IMG/VR virus record: IMGVR_UViG_3300025131_009739
Span: 1 to 64,000 of that record
Length of the DNA stretch: 64,000 bases
Strand: one strand, 5' to 3'
From: a virus
Below, one piece after another: positions 18,441 to 27,755 of the stretch. Both the position numbers and the translations under genes were made by a program. How positions within the stretch are numbered: position 1 is the first letter of the stretch; each line of letters begins with the position of its first letter. The notes beneath the pieces are model-generated. The model was not told the origin of the DNA and made no database searches. It saw nothing but the letters and a program-made list of their open reading frames with translations.

Positions 18441-18952
18441 TTTTTCTCTAAAACTTGTTCTTCAACGCCCAAAAGTTCAATTTCAAAATTCAATGTTTTG
18501 CCGGCTAGCGGGTGGTTGAAATTTAATACAACAGATTCCTCGCCGACCGAATCAATTGTTGCAGTTACTGAATGGCCTTCAGGATTTTGACCTTGGACCA
18601 TGGCTCCTTCTTGAAAAGCAAAATCAGGAGGAAATGCTTGTATCGGTACCGACTGAACATGTTCAGATCTAATCTGTCCATAGGCTTCATTCGGCTCCAG
18701 TTTAATTTTTTTGACCTCGCCAACGGCCATCCCGTGAAGAGCCGCATCGAAACCAGGAATTAATTGACCTGACCCAACCTCAAAAGAAATACTTTCTTCG
18801 CGAGATCGGGAGCTATCAAATTCAGTCCCGTCATCAAGTGTCCCGACGTAATGCACGTTCACTGTTTGTCCATTTTCTACTTTTTTAATCTTCGTTTTTT
18901 TGTTTTTTACTTTTTTACTCTTTGTTTTTTTGTTTTCTGTTTTTTCACTCAT
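18437..18952 (-). CDS. FKBP-type peptidyl-prolyl isomerase (SlyD/SlpA-like, with insert-in-flap domain)
   Basis: VHYVGTLDDGTEFDSS, GQLIPGFD, EAYG, NFNHPLAGKTLNFEIEL. Confidence 0.93.
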   Translation of the reverse strand: MSEKTENKKTKSKKVKNKKTKIKKVENGQTVNVHYVGTLDDGTEFDSSRSREESISFEVGSGQLIPGFDAALHGMAVGEVKKIKLEPNEAYGQIRSEHVQSVPIQAFPPDFAFQEGAMVQGQNPEGHSVTATIDSVGEESVVLNFNHPLAGKTLNFEIELLGVEEQVLEKK

Positions 18953-19020
18953 TATAATTCACCCCTTTTGTTAAAATTGAGACATCTGTAACCCCATGCC
19001 TCCCTGCGGGTGAGAGAGAT

Positions 19021-19761
19021 TTACGAAAGAAGCTCGCTAAAAGCCTTATCCACCGAATCACCTGATTCAGTATTGTATTTCTCTATATTATCAGAGGAGA
19101 CATCATCAACATTCCCTGATAAATATTCATCAAGAATAGTCTCGACTTCTCCCGGAGTCTTGCGCTCAAAAAGCTTATCAAGATCTGGAATAGTATCCAA
19201 CCATTCAGCACATTGTGCCTCGTCTTCGCACAGCGGCGAAGGGCGTCGGCGTGGAGTAATCTCCGTTTGAGGAAACGATGCTCCTGCGGGTTTCCCGTAA
19301 CGAATTACAAGGTCTGTTCCGGTTTCGGAATCTGTAATATCGCCATATTCGGGATTAAGGACAAGATTAAGAAGCTTTTCATAAGCCATCTTACCAAACC
19401 CCCAAATGCGCACACCTTTTTCTTCTTCTCCGCGAACTACCACGGGAGCAAAAAAGCGCTGACGAGCAGACAAAGACTTGGCCACTTTAATGCTTTCTTC
19501 CGTGCCTTCTTTATAAAGCTTGCGAACGAAAGAATCAAGTGCGTCGTCCTCTCCAAAGTTTTTCTTTGGACTCAGAAAGCCTGAGTTGTTTCCAACATTA
19601 TAGTGAAACCAATAATCTTTGAAAGGATCGCCATCTGGAGTAGGAACGATGCGAATCGTTGTTTCTCCATCCTGCGGCTTCCAAAAAGATTCTCGGTTGT
19701 TACCGCCTCTGTTGTCTAGTTCTGTGCGTCGGGTGCGCATTTTTTCCATATCAATACCCAT
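19021..19761 (-). CDS. Single-stranded DNA-binding protein (gp32-like)
   Basis: FWKP..G...IRIVP, WFHY, VRIWGFGK, YGDITD..GTDL, acidic C-terminal tail ending AFSELLS. Confidence 0.8.
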   Translation of the reverse strand: MGIDMEKMRTRRTELDNRGGNNRESFWKPQDGETTIRIVPTPDGDPFKDYWFHYNVGNNSGFLSPKKNFGEDDALDSFVRKLYKEGTEESIKVAKSLSARQRFFAPVVVRGEEEKGVRIWGFGKMAYEKLLNLVLNPEYGDITDSETGTDLVIRYGKPAGASFPQTEITPRRRPSPLCEDEAQCAEWLDTIPDLDKLFERKTPGEVETILDEYLSGNVDDVSSDNIEKYNTESGDSVDKAFSELLS

Positions 19762-19789
19762 ATTATTTTCTCCTTTGTTTGAGTAGAGT

Positions 19790-19813
19790 CAGAATGACTA
19801 ATTTCTCATTCTG
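19790..19813 (-). promoter_or_regulatory. 5'-leader hairpin of the SSB transcript
   Basis: CAGAATGA-gaaattag-TCATTCTG perfect 8-bp stem just after the predicted +1. Confidence 0.6.
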
Positions 19814-19821
19814 CTATGTTC

Positions 19822-19850
19822 ATAGTAACACAATGAATTCTGTTTGTCAA
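19822..19850 (-). promoter_or_regulatory. sigma70-type promoter for SSB, overlapping the tubulin-like gene stop
   Basis: TTGACA (19850-19845), 17 bp, TACTAT (19827-19822); a second TTGACA-17-TATTAT lies at 20030-20058. Confidence 0.8.
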
Positions 19851-20746
19851 GTGTTTTTTTCATTTTTTTGTCGTTGGATTTCTGATGTATGAGCAATGAT
19901 ATAAACATAATCCTGCTCATACTTCGTTGCAAAAATTCCGTAGCCAGTCGGAACTTCATTTTTTATCTGCTCTCGAACTTTTTTCAAAATGTCTCCATCG
20001 GTTTCTAATTTTTTCTTATTTATAGCATAATAATAGCGCATTTCTTCAATGTTGTCAAGCAAATAAAATAGTTTTTTTTCACCATCCTCGTTGTTAGCGA
20101 TCCCGATTGTAGAGATTCGGTTGATGTCTTTAGGAGTAGAAAAATTGGTAGTTACAGGATCGTTATGATTGTAAACATTTATCATGTGTAATGTTGAAAC
20201 AATCATTTTATTCAGCCGTTCATAATAACCAATAACTGGTATTTCTCCTAAATGCTGTTCAACTTCAGGATTGCTAACAATATAAAGTCTCTTGAACAGG
20301 CCCGACCTCGCATACTCTTGCAAAATGTTAAATGTGGCCCACTCGTGTTCCCTTTTTTCTAACGGAAGAAGTTCTATTTCTGGCCTTATATATAAAATGT
20401 TTATGTCACAATGTTTAAGATGTTCTAAAATTCTTAAAGACGCCCCAGAAATGTCTCCGGCGCCGCCTATGACGAAAAGAAGCTCTCCTTTGACGTCTCT
20501 GAAGAAGTTATTCATATTCGGGCACTTTTCTTCATATTCTTCTGGACTACTTAAGCGAGGAAATTTGCAAACGCCATTTTGTTCATGTTTATCAGTTCCC
20601 CCTTCAACACCATATGACGCCCAAGACCAGTCTTCCTGTGTAGTGTTATCTGAGGCATCGATCTTATAAATTTTATACTGATCGTGTTTTGCAAACTCAT
20701 CAGCGATATTGCATCCAGCTTGTCCTAGTCCTATAACAGTATCCAT
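19847..20746 (-). CDS. Divergent tubulin/FtsZ-superfamily GTPase (PhuZ/TubZ-like)
   Basis: VIGLGQAGCNIAD T1 loop, IYKID, IGGAGDISGAS in place of GGGTGSG, YIRP, IVSN, LN. Confidence 0.75.
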   Translation of the reverse strand: MDTVIGLGQAGCNIADEFAKHDQYKIYKIDASDNTTQEDWSWASYGVEGGTDKHEQNGVCKFPRLSSPEEYEEKCPNMNNFFRDVKGELLFVIGGAGDISGASLRILEHLKHCDINILYIRPEIELLPLEKREHEWATFNILQEYARSGLFKRLYIVSNPEVEQHLGEIPVIGYYERLNKMIVSTLHMINVYNHNDPVTTNFSTPKDINRISTIGIANNEDGEKKLFYLLDNIEEMRYYYAINKKKLETDGDILKKVREQIKNEVPTGYGIFATKYEQDYVYIIAHTSEIQRQKNEKNT

Positions 20747-21945
20747 TACGCTATAAGCTCCGCAAGGTCTCCGAAATCTCTACCAGTTTTGACGTTAGTT
20801 TTAAACTTGCCAAATCTTGTATTTGAAAATTCGTTTATAATATTTTTCATAAGATGCTTATCGTCTGTGTGCAGGTCAATAACTATGCTGTCATGTACGC
20901 AAAAAGCAATATTTGATTTTCTGCCTTTCAGCATATCATGAATTTTAATCATTTTTTGTAAAATGAGGTCAGCACACGTACTTTGTATTGTGTAATTTAA
21001 TGCATGATGTTTATCTGCTGGTATCTCTCTGTTAAAACAGGTTTTTACAACTTCGCCATCCCAATAATCGTTCAAAACTTTATCTTTATCAAACATCTTT
21101 CTCAGTACTTTTTCATTTGGGTGCTCTTTTGAATTATAAAGCCAAGCGAAGATAGAATTTTTAATTTCTTGTCTCGATGAGGTTTTGTTTCCAGATAAAT
21201 GTTTTCTGTTCCACTCGTGTATATCTGTTGCTGGCTGATTTTTGTCTGACAAAGCCAACAAAGTCCTCAATTCGGCTCCGTTATAATCTAATTCGACAAA
21301 TATATCATTATTTGGTTTAATGATGGAGCGGTATTTTTTCGGAAAAGTAAGAATTGGGAAACTATATTTTTTTGTTGTTAATCTACCGGTCTTGGTCCCA
21401 AAAATATCATATTTTATATATGGCGAAATACTCTTAACTTTTTTCCTCCACTGTCTTGCCTTATATTCAGCAAGATGCGGCTTAAACCCATCTATGTCAA
21501 TGTTGAGTTTTTGTTGATTTACGTCTTCAACCACTTTTGTTAATAAAGTCAAAAATCTCAAATTTTTGGGCGGCAAAAAATTTTCAAAAACGTGTTTTGT
21601 AATTCGGTTTTTTACTTCACAAAATTCAAGTAAAAATTTCTTCGGTATCAAGTCATAAAAACAATTATCATCCAATGAAACTTTTGCCAGATGGATTGAT
21701 CTCATAAATGCTTTTATCTTCCTATTAACTTGGTTCCAGTCTTTTTTTATACTGGGGGGACAAACACTGTCAATAGATTTGCCACCACATTGCAGATGTG
21801 CGTATCTAATTTCTCTATCCCCGAGGAAAGATGCATAAGACCATGTTTTGTTAATTCCGTTAGGAAGTTCACGATTAAAGTAAAGATTTCCGTCATAGTA
21901 GACTCCTATACATTTATGTTTATTGTCTAGTGTTTGAAATAACAC
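20746..21945 (-). CDS. Minimal family-A DNA polymerase (palm/fingers motifs, no exonuclease domains)
   Basis: GTKTGRLT, ELDYNGAELR (motif A), RQEIKNSIFAWLY (B), ALNYTIQSTCAD, VHDSIV (C); GTG start. Confidence 0.85.
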   Translation of the reverse strand: MLFQTLDNKHKCIGVYYDGNLYFNRELPNGINKTWSYASFLGDREIRYAHLQCGGKSIDSVCPPSIKKDWNQVNRKIKAFMRSIHLAKVSLDDNCFYDLIPKKFLLEFCEVKNRITKHVFENFLPPKNLRFLTLLTKVVEDVNQQKLNIDIDGFKPHLAEYKARQWRKKVKSISPYIKYDIFGTKTGRLTTKKYSFPILTFPKKYRSIIKPNNDIFVELDYNGAELRTLLALSDKNQPATDIHEWNRKHLSGNKTSSRQEIKNSIFAWLYNSKEHPNEKVLRKMFDKDKVLNDYWDGEVVKTCFNREIPADKHHALNYTIQSTCADLILQKMIKIHDMLKGRKSNIAFCVHDSIVIDLHTDDKHLMKNIINEFSNTRFGKFKTNVKTGRDFGDLAELIA

Positions 21946-21981
21946 AAATTAACCTTTTTCGAATTAGTTTTCATATCTATT

Positions 21982-22010
21982 AATTTACACCATTTTTGTT
22001 TTTTTGTCAA
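21982..22010 (-). promoter_or_regulatory. sigma70-type promoter at the start of the replication module
   Basis: TTGACA (22010-22005), 17 bp, TAAATT (21987-21982) with TG extension. Confidence 0.72.
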
Positions 22011-22048
22011 GCTTATTATGATTTCGGTGGGCTGGTGCATGATGATAT

Positions 22049-23413
22049 CTATTGTGTAGTTTCTTCTTTCACATTGGGCATCACAGGTTTTGTCATAACA
22101 ATGGGATTTGTTTCCGGGAACCCTCTTAGCGATCTATTAATATACATTGCAGCGGCGGGAATGTCAAGTTCGCCAAAGCCGGTCGCAATTCTTTGAGCAC
22201 TTTTTAATATACGTCTAAATTTTGGCTCCTTAAAAAATACTTGTTCTTCGTATGATCGAATACGAAAATAAACTTCTAGCCAGTAGTCCGTACCATACTT
22301 GTCATTCACAGTGTTCATCTTAATACGGGAACGGGTCACAACTCTTTGAGTTATCTTATCAGTTTTCATACCGTAAGGGCATCTCTTATGGTCAGTTATT
22401 CTTACTACAGGATTTGCGGTAACAAATTCATTGTAATTGTTCACCATATTTGTTTTTAACTCACTTATGTCATTAAAACAAGACTTAGTATAATAGGACT
22501 CAAAAAAATGTCTGGAAGTTTCAGGGAATGCGTAGGCTTCGCCGCCGACTGAAAGTCCTTGGTTGAGAAATTTATCAACAGTCTCTTCAGTGTCAACACA
22601 CCCAGGCACTACTTTGCTAAGAAGCTCTTTCCCATCAGGCCTCTGCTCCAAAGAAGCAATGTGGTGTCTAATCCAGTACGTCACTGTGCGAGGAGATGCT
22701 ATGTTTGCAGTTAACCTCCATGGGGCATATTTGTTCACTAGAAACCCGTTTTGTGCTGCCGTGTTAACATAGAGTGGAAAATTTGGATCCTTTACCCACA
22801 ACATCCTGGCCTCGTCGCTATTATGATCGTTGGTTTCGAGCTGCACAGTTAAACCACTAATCAAGGAAGTACAAAGACTGCTTTTAATAAAAAATGTTTT
22901 AGTGAGTGAGTTTGTCGCGGCGTATTCTTTAGCAAATTCTAGAAATAATCTTGAATAATCGTCAAAATTTTGAACTAGTCTGGTTTTCACAGAAGTTTTA
23001 AGATAGACGTCAGAAAAAATAGAAAATATACTTTGCGCATATGGTCCGTACAACGTATCCACATCAACATAGCCGCCGCTGGGCTTTTGTATGGCAATTC
23101 TTATAATTCCAGAACGTGAACTTTTTCCCAGAACATCTGTTCTAACAAGGGCGCCTTGCACATTTTTAAAAGCAGTTGCTACAAAATCTAGCAGAAGTAT
23201 ATCTCCAACTTTATTTGCAAATGCAGATGTCGGCTGTACTACTCTTAATCTTTTTGATTTAGATTCGTTACTAAGATGGATTACATTACCTTGTTGATCA
23301 ATTTTGCCATATAAAACTCTGTGGTACCACATATTCAATGGTCTTGGAGTAAGAAATGGGTATTTGTAAATTTCGTAATTTATACTATCGTCGAAAGATT
23401 TTTTTGTTGGCAT
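22049..23413 (-). CDS. Hypothetical protein, probably baseplate-associated
   Basis: 454-aa ORF ending the tail/baseplate operon; function inferred from position only. Confidence 0.7.
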   Translation of the reverse strand: MPTKKSFDDSINYEIYKYPFLTPRPLNMWYHRVLYGKIDQQGNVIHLSNESKSKRLRVVQPTSAFANKVGDILLLDFVATAFKNVQGALVRTDVLGKSSRSGIIRIAIQKPSGGYVDVDTLYGPYAQSIFSIFSDVYLKTSVKTRLVQNFDDYSRLFLEFAKEYAATNSLTKTFFIKSSLCTSLISGLTVQLETNDHNSDEARMLWVKDPNFPLYVNTAAQNGFLVNKYAPWRLTANIASPRTVTYWIRHHIASLEQRPDGKELLSKVVPGCVDTEETVDKFLNQGLSVGGEAYAFPETSRHFFESYYTKSCFNDISELKTNMVNNYNEFVTANPVVRITDHKRCPYGMKTDKITQRVVTRSRIKMNTVNDKYGTDYWLEVYFRIRSYEEQVFFKEPKFRRILKSAQRIATGFGELDIPAAAMYINRSLRGFPETNPIVMTKPVMPNVKEETTQ

Positions 23414-23415
23414 TG

Positions 23416-26400
23416 TTACTCCACCCCCTCGGCTCTTAGAAGTTCAACAATCTTGTCGCGATTTTTCTCTATATCTTTAGCCAGTTGCGGTGTCACTTTT
23501 TGCCCTTCCATTGCGTGACCAGGTGCTACAACTCCGTCGCTGAGAGACTTATTCATGTGAGCAACTTGTTTTTTGGAGTCTGCAATCATTTTCTCTTTTT
23601 TGATGGCAGCTTCGGCAGCCTCAAAAGTGATATCTTCTGGCGGGGCGGTGAAGGCATCTTTTGTGGTGTCGGGTTTCCCAACATCCCAGGCTTGCACAAG
23701 TCTGACGCCGCCGACGGTAGACGTGGGCCGGGGCCCAGTCCCCGACCATGATGCGGCGGGGGCGACGGGAGTTATTGGTTTATTACCCCTGCCAGAATTT
23801 GCAGACGGTCGAGAATGACCTCCGAAAGATTGCCATAAACATTGCATGTTTGTCGTCCATTCCAATCTAGCGTCCAAAGCTTTGATCTCGTTTTTCGTTT
23901 TGAGAATAAAACAATATCCACCAATTCCTAGACCTATTTGTTCCTGTTTACTAAACCAAGTAAAGGGAAAAGAAATCTTTACATGTTTTCCTGGGACTAG
24001 AAGCGCATTACCATACATAGTGACATCATAATTATATGGCTCACCAAAAACATGGTAGCTATCAATGCCCTGTTGCTCTAATTTTGCTTCAAGATAATGA
24101 GGTTGGTTAGATCTATTCATTTGAAAATTTAAAATCGTAGAATTTTCTCGCCCAAGTTCAAGGTGGTAAACGCCACGTTTTATATCAGAGGATTTATTTT
24201 TAAACCACTTGGCAGAATTCGACGCGGCTTGTACGAGAATAAGCTCTCCTGTTTTTGCTTTGGATGAATCGTTTTCGGCAGCTGAGTTCCCAGGATCCGC
24301 ACCGGTTGAATCATCATTAGAATAATAATATGCATTGTCGTTTGCGTGGCGGTACTTCCCGTGGAGTTTAGAAAAAACTATTTTGTTGTTTATATTTTTT
24401 ATCGTTAAGTAAGATGGATAAGCGCGTACATTGACGTTTACGTTTCCTTCGTCTTTACATCTGCCCGTTAGTGCCTCCACTATCAGTTGAGTTAATGTGT
24501 CGTTGAGAAACGAATCAAAAAAGTATTCTGTTCTCCATTGATCGATAACATTTTCGAGCCAAAACTCTTGCCAAACTTTGAGGGTAATTGGAATTTTGGC
24601 TAGACTTTCCTTTACTACTTTTCGGTTTGCGGGGTTGGTAAATTCAACCTCTCCTAACAAAAATTTTACAGTACCTTTTTTGTTGCTGGTACCCCACCAA
24701 TCTAGATCCATTTCGTCTTTGTGCTCATACAACATTTCTAAAACTATATCTAAAAGATCTCCGTAGTAGAAAAAATATATATTTCGCGTGGATAAATCAG
24801 CCGGGGTTACCATTTTGGTGTATGGAATTTCGTTGGCGGGAGAAGAATCTCCTGCTTTTCTCGCCTCTGCTGCTTTTACGTTCGCAGCTTTAACTTGAGC
24901 GTCTTTTTCCATATGAGCCTGAGATTCTTGAGCAGCTGCCTGGTTTGGCCCAGCATTCTGTACAGCTGGTGGCGCAGGACCCCGCTGTGACCCCGCGCCA
25001 CCTGTAATGGCTTCGCCCTCAAGGACTGATTTTTCATCTTGTAAATCTAGAATTTTATTATTATTAGCCTCGAGTTGATTTAACTGTTCCTGTGCCGTCT
25101 CTCCTTGCGGAAGTTTCCCAAGAACTTCTATTTCTTTATCGATTTCTTTTAATCTATCTTTATTTGACTGCGCTACCGCTTTCGCTTTCCTAGTTGCAAA
25201 CCATCTATGAAGTTCACTTTCAGGTAGTTGAATAAAATGTAATTTATTTTCAGCAGTTAGTCTATCTAAAATTTTACTATACATTCTAGACATCTTCTTA
25301 GCTCTATAAATTGTTTGACCAACATCGGTCCTGTTGTGATACTCCCTGTTCTGCAGGTAAGTTATAATTCTTGTGGCGCGAGCTTTTCCGGATTCAATTC
25401 CAAATTGTTCTCTGAGCACATTTTGAGTTGCTTCCAGCTCAATTGCGGACTGCGCAAGTGGGTCACCAGTCATCTGCGTCCCTCCGCCTTGTTCTGATAT
25501 CTTTGTCGAAGCCTTTGGTCCCACGATGGCCTCGCCGGCGAAGTCTAACAGAGCTGAGATGCCTGGGGCGACCTCCTTCATTACCTCTCCCATGTTCTCG
25601 ACCCCTCTACCATACTGAGTTGCTTTTACAGCTTCTGCTTCTGCCGATATTAAGTCGTTTATATTCCCTCCTCCTTCTGCGTATGCATTAAGTTTATCTC
25701 TTTGTTCTGGTTTTAAATCTCCGAAGGCCGCGTTTTGTGTCTTTAAGAAGTGCTTCTTCTTCTCCATTTCTCCTTTGGCTGCGCCCTTATCAGCAGGAGT
25801 AAATAATATATTAGCAGCCCTCGATCTAAAAGATGTTTCAATAGAACCCACATAATCTATACTTAACTCAAATCCACCATCCGGAGCGTCAAAAATTGGA
25901 TTAATAGAATGTTTAAGAAGATTTAAATAAAGTTGCATCCTATTGGCTTTTAAGGCTGCTCTTAAATTGCGAGCTTTTTTATTCGGATTTGAGAAACCAG
26001 CACCTCTGTAAGCTTCAACTAATCGTTTAAAAGGAGGCGGCGTATATCCAACATCAACTCTAATTCGAAAGTATTTTTCATCATGCAGGAGATGCAGCTG
26101 ATCAGATGAGACTCCTTTTTTATCGGACTTTTTAATGACGGCTCTCCTAATTAAATCTGCAAACGAATATTTATGCCCCTTCTCTGTGTACATCTTGAAG
26201 AGAGCTTTCGGAGATTCGAAATAAAGTTTCAAGTTGCAGTGAACATAGGTATCTATTTCAACTGGTCGGACACCTTCAAAATCAAAAGTGAACGAACGAA
26301 AAGCAACACCTAACTTATGAGAATCAGTAACCCCTAAATTTCTAAGATTATTAAATTTAAGAGGAATAACTATATCTTTATCACTTTTTGCTTTCTGGGT

Positions 26401-26694
26401 TCCGAGTTTTACTTTGAAAATCTTAATCCAAGGCTGAAAGTCTCCAGAAATCGACTTAGGTACGTCCTGAAAAAAATCCTGCCCTGCCTTCCCATGTCCT
26501 CGAAGGTTATTAAGTATAGCAGTTGAATCCGACGTGTTTGGATCTGTTAGAGCTAGATGCTTATACTTTTGAGGAATTTCGGTTCCTTTTTTATTTGCGT
26601 ATAATTCAATCTGTTCGGCCAAATAACAAGCCTCTGCATATTCAGGTAGTTTCGACCGAGATTCATGCAGTATATGAGTATTCGATTTAGCCAT
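23416..26694 (-). CDS. Large baseplate hub-like virion protein
   Basis: 1092 aa; FFYYGDLLD and YNYDVTMYGNALLVPG...GIGGYCFILKTKNEI resemble hub-protein C-termini; follows the LysM-like wedge gene. Confidence 0.55.
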   Translation of the reverse strand: MAKSNTHILHESRSKLPEYAEACYLAEQIELYANKKGTEIPQKYKHLALTDPNTSDSTAILNNLRGHGKAGQDFFQDVPKSISGDFQPWIKIFKVKLGTQKAKSDKDIVIPLKFNNLRNLGVTDSHKLGVAFRSFTFDFEGVRPVEIDTYVHCNLKLYFESPKALFKMYTEKGHKYSFADLIRRAVIKKSDKKGVSSDQLHLLHDEKYFRIRVDVGYTPPPFKRLVEAYRGAGFSNPNKKARNLRAALKANRMQLYLNLLKHSINPIFDAPDGGFELSIDYVGSIETSFRSRAANILFTPADKGAAKGEMEKKKHFLKTQNAAFGDLKPEQRDKLNAYAEGGGNINDLISAEAEAVKATQYGRGVENMGEVMKEVAPGISALLDFAGEAIVGPKASTKISEQGGGTQMTGDPLAQSAIELEATQNVLREQFGIESGKARATRIITYLQNREYHNRTDVGQTIYRAKKMSRMYSKILDRLTAENKLHFIQLPESELHRWFATRKAKAVAQSNKDRLKEIDKEIEVLGKLPQGETAQEQLNQLEANNNKILDLQDEKSVLEGEAITGGAGSQRGPAPPAVQNAGPNQAAAQESQAHMEKDAQVKAANVKAAEARKAGDSSPANEIPYTKMVTPADLSTRNIYFFYYGDLLDIVLEMLYEHKDEMDLDWWGTSNKKGTVKFLLGEVEFTNPANRKVVKESLAKIPITLKVWQEFWLENVIDQWRTEYFFDSFLNDTLTQLIVEALTGRCKDEGNVNVNVRAYPSYLTIKNINNKIVFSKLHGKYRHANDNAYYYSNDDSTGADPGNSAAENDSSKAKTGELILVQAASNSAKWFKNKSSDIKRGVYHLELGRENSTILNFQMNRSNQPHYLEAKLEQQGIDSYHVFGEPYNYDVTMYGNALLVPGKHVKISFPFTWFSKQEQIGLGIGGYCFILKTKNEIKALDARLEWTTNMQCLWQSFGGHSRPSANSGRGNKPITPVAPAASWSGTGPRPTSTVGGVRLVQAWDVGKPDTTKDAFTAPPEDITFEAAEAAIKKEKMIADSKKQVAHMNKSLSDGVVAPGHAMEGQKVTPQLAKDIEKNRDKIVELLRAEGVE

Positions 26695-26701
26695 TTAAAT
26701 T

Positions 26702-27037
26702 TTACCCAATATTAAAATAAGTTAATGCCAGTTCTAAAGGCTGGGGTATGTGAATGGTGTCTCCAAGTTTGAAGTCTGACTCCAAAGGCTTTTTATTAAA
26801 CCAGGGAATAACCCACCAAACATCTACGGTGCCATAATGTTTATCAGATAGCTTGTAAAACCTATCTCCAACTGTCCATATGTGAGAGAAAATAGTAAAC
26901 TCATCCATTTCTTCAACTGTAGGATATCTAATAATTGGTGTAGATAAATGTCTAATTCTAGGAACTTTTCTGTTAAGAAACTGCTCTCTATAAAGATTAC
27001 TGTTATTCATTAATAATATTCTTGCATCATTTCTCAT
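26702..27037 (-). CDS. LysM-like baseplate wedge protein (gp53/tail X-like)
   Basis: HIWTVGDRFYKLSDKHYG...WWVIPWFN...GDTIHIP. Confidence 0.75.
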   Translation of the reverse strand: MRNDARILLMNNSNLYREQFLNRKVPRIRHLSTPIIRYPTVEEMDEFTIFSHIWTVGDRFYKLSDKHYGTVDVWWVIPWFNKKPLESDFKLGDTIHIPQPLELALTYFNIG

Positions 27038-27744
27038 TTGATAAGTTTTCCTGCAGCATTTTTATATATTTCACTTGTCTCACTATACGCGTCGCCCATT
27101 TCTCCCAGATCTGGAACTTTGTGAAGAAGGTGACCTTCCTTATAAGGGTATCCTGGATAATTGAATTTTTTATTTATCCAGGCTGGGCTTTTTTCATTCA
27201 CGGGCAAGTAGGAAAAACTCGCCTCAATATTTTTTGGCAACGCTTTTCCCTTTACCAGAAAGAACCCTTCCTCCATTACAAAACTATAATTAAAACCATC
27301 TATGTATCCTAGCATGCCACTATTAGAAGCTATAGAATAAGAATCCACACTTGATGGAGACGCATCGCGTACCCAATTAACGAGTCTCAATTTAAATATT
27401 GGGCTGCCGCCGACTTTTGGATAGAAACCTCCACCTACACCAGCACCTCTTACTTGTTCTGGATATAGCATGTTAGACAAAAGAGAAATTTTTCCTAGAT
27501 TTCTATCTGCTTCAATTATATCATAAGCTGGCAATACCCAGGAAATGTTAATCGTCCTTATTGTGCTTTTAAGTTTTCTAACAGGTTGTTGATTCATAAC
27601 AAAAAATTGTTCATCGTAGGATGTATTGAATTCTTCACTATAGTTTGTCAAAAAAGCTTTGAATGTAACATTTCTTCCACTATTAACGTGATGAATATCA
27701 AGATATAGTTTATTCGTTTCTGCAAATCCGTTTGTAATTTTCAC
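27034..27744 (-). CDS. Tail tube initiator / baseplate tube-like protein
   Basis: FKAFLTNYSEEF, RTINISW, LYP, P..KL, GYIDGFNY; directly after the tape measure gene. Confidence 0.6.
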   Translation of the reverse strand: MKITNGFAETNKLYLDIHHVNSGRNVTFKAFLTNYSEEFNTSYDEQFFVMNQQPVRKLKSTIRTINISWVLPAYDIIEADRNLGKISLLSNMLYPEQVRGAGVGGGFYPKVGGSPIFKLRLVNWVRDASPSSVDSYSIASNSGMLGYIDGFNYSFVMEEGFFLVKGKALPKNIEASFSYLPVNEKSPAWINKKFNYPGYPYKEGHLLHKVPDLGEMGDAYSETSEIYKNAAGKLIK

Positions 27745-27755
27745 TTTTTAGCCTC

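Noticed and set aside
19847-20746. Nucleus-forming (chimallin) jumbo phage interpretation of the tubulin
   Set aside because: No chimallin or multisubunit RNA polymerase genes seen in the window; the structural genes are T4-like and the promoters are host-sigma70 type
21927-21974. 15-aa uORF (MKTNSKKVNLCYFKH) overlapping the PolA-like GTG start
   Set aside because: Could be a leaderless uORF, but is short enough to arise by chance in AT-rich DNA; no supporting evidence
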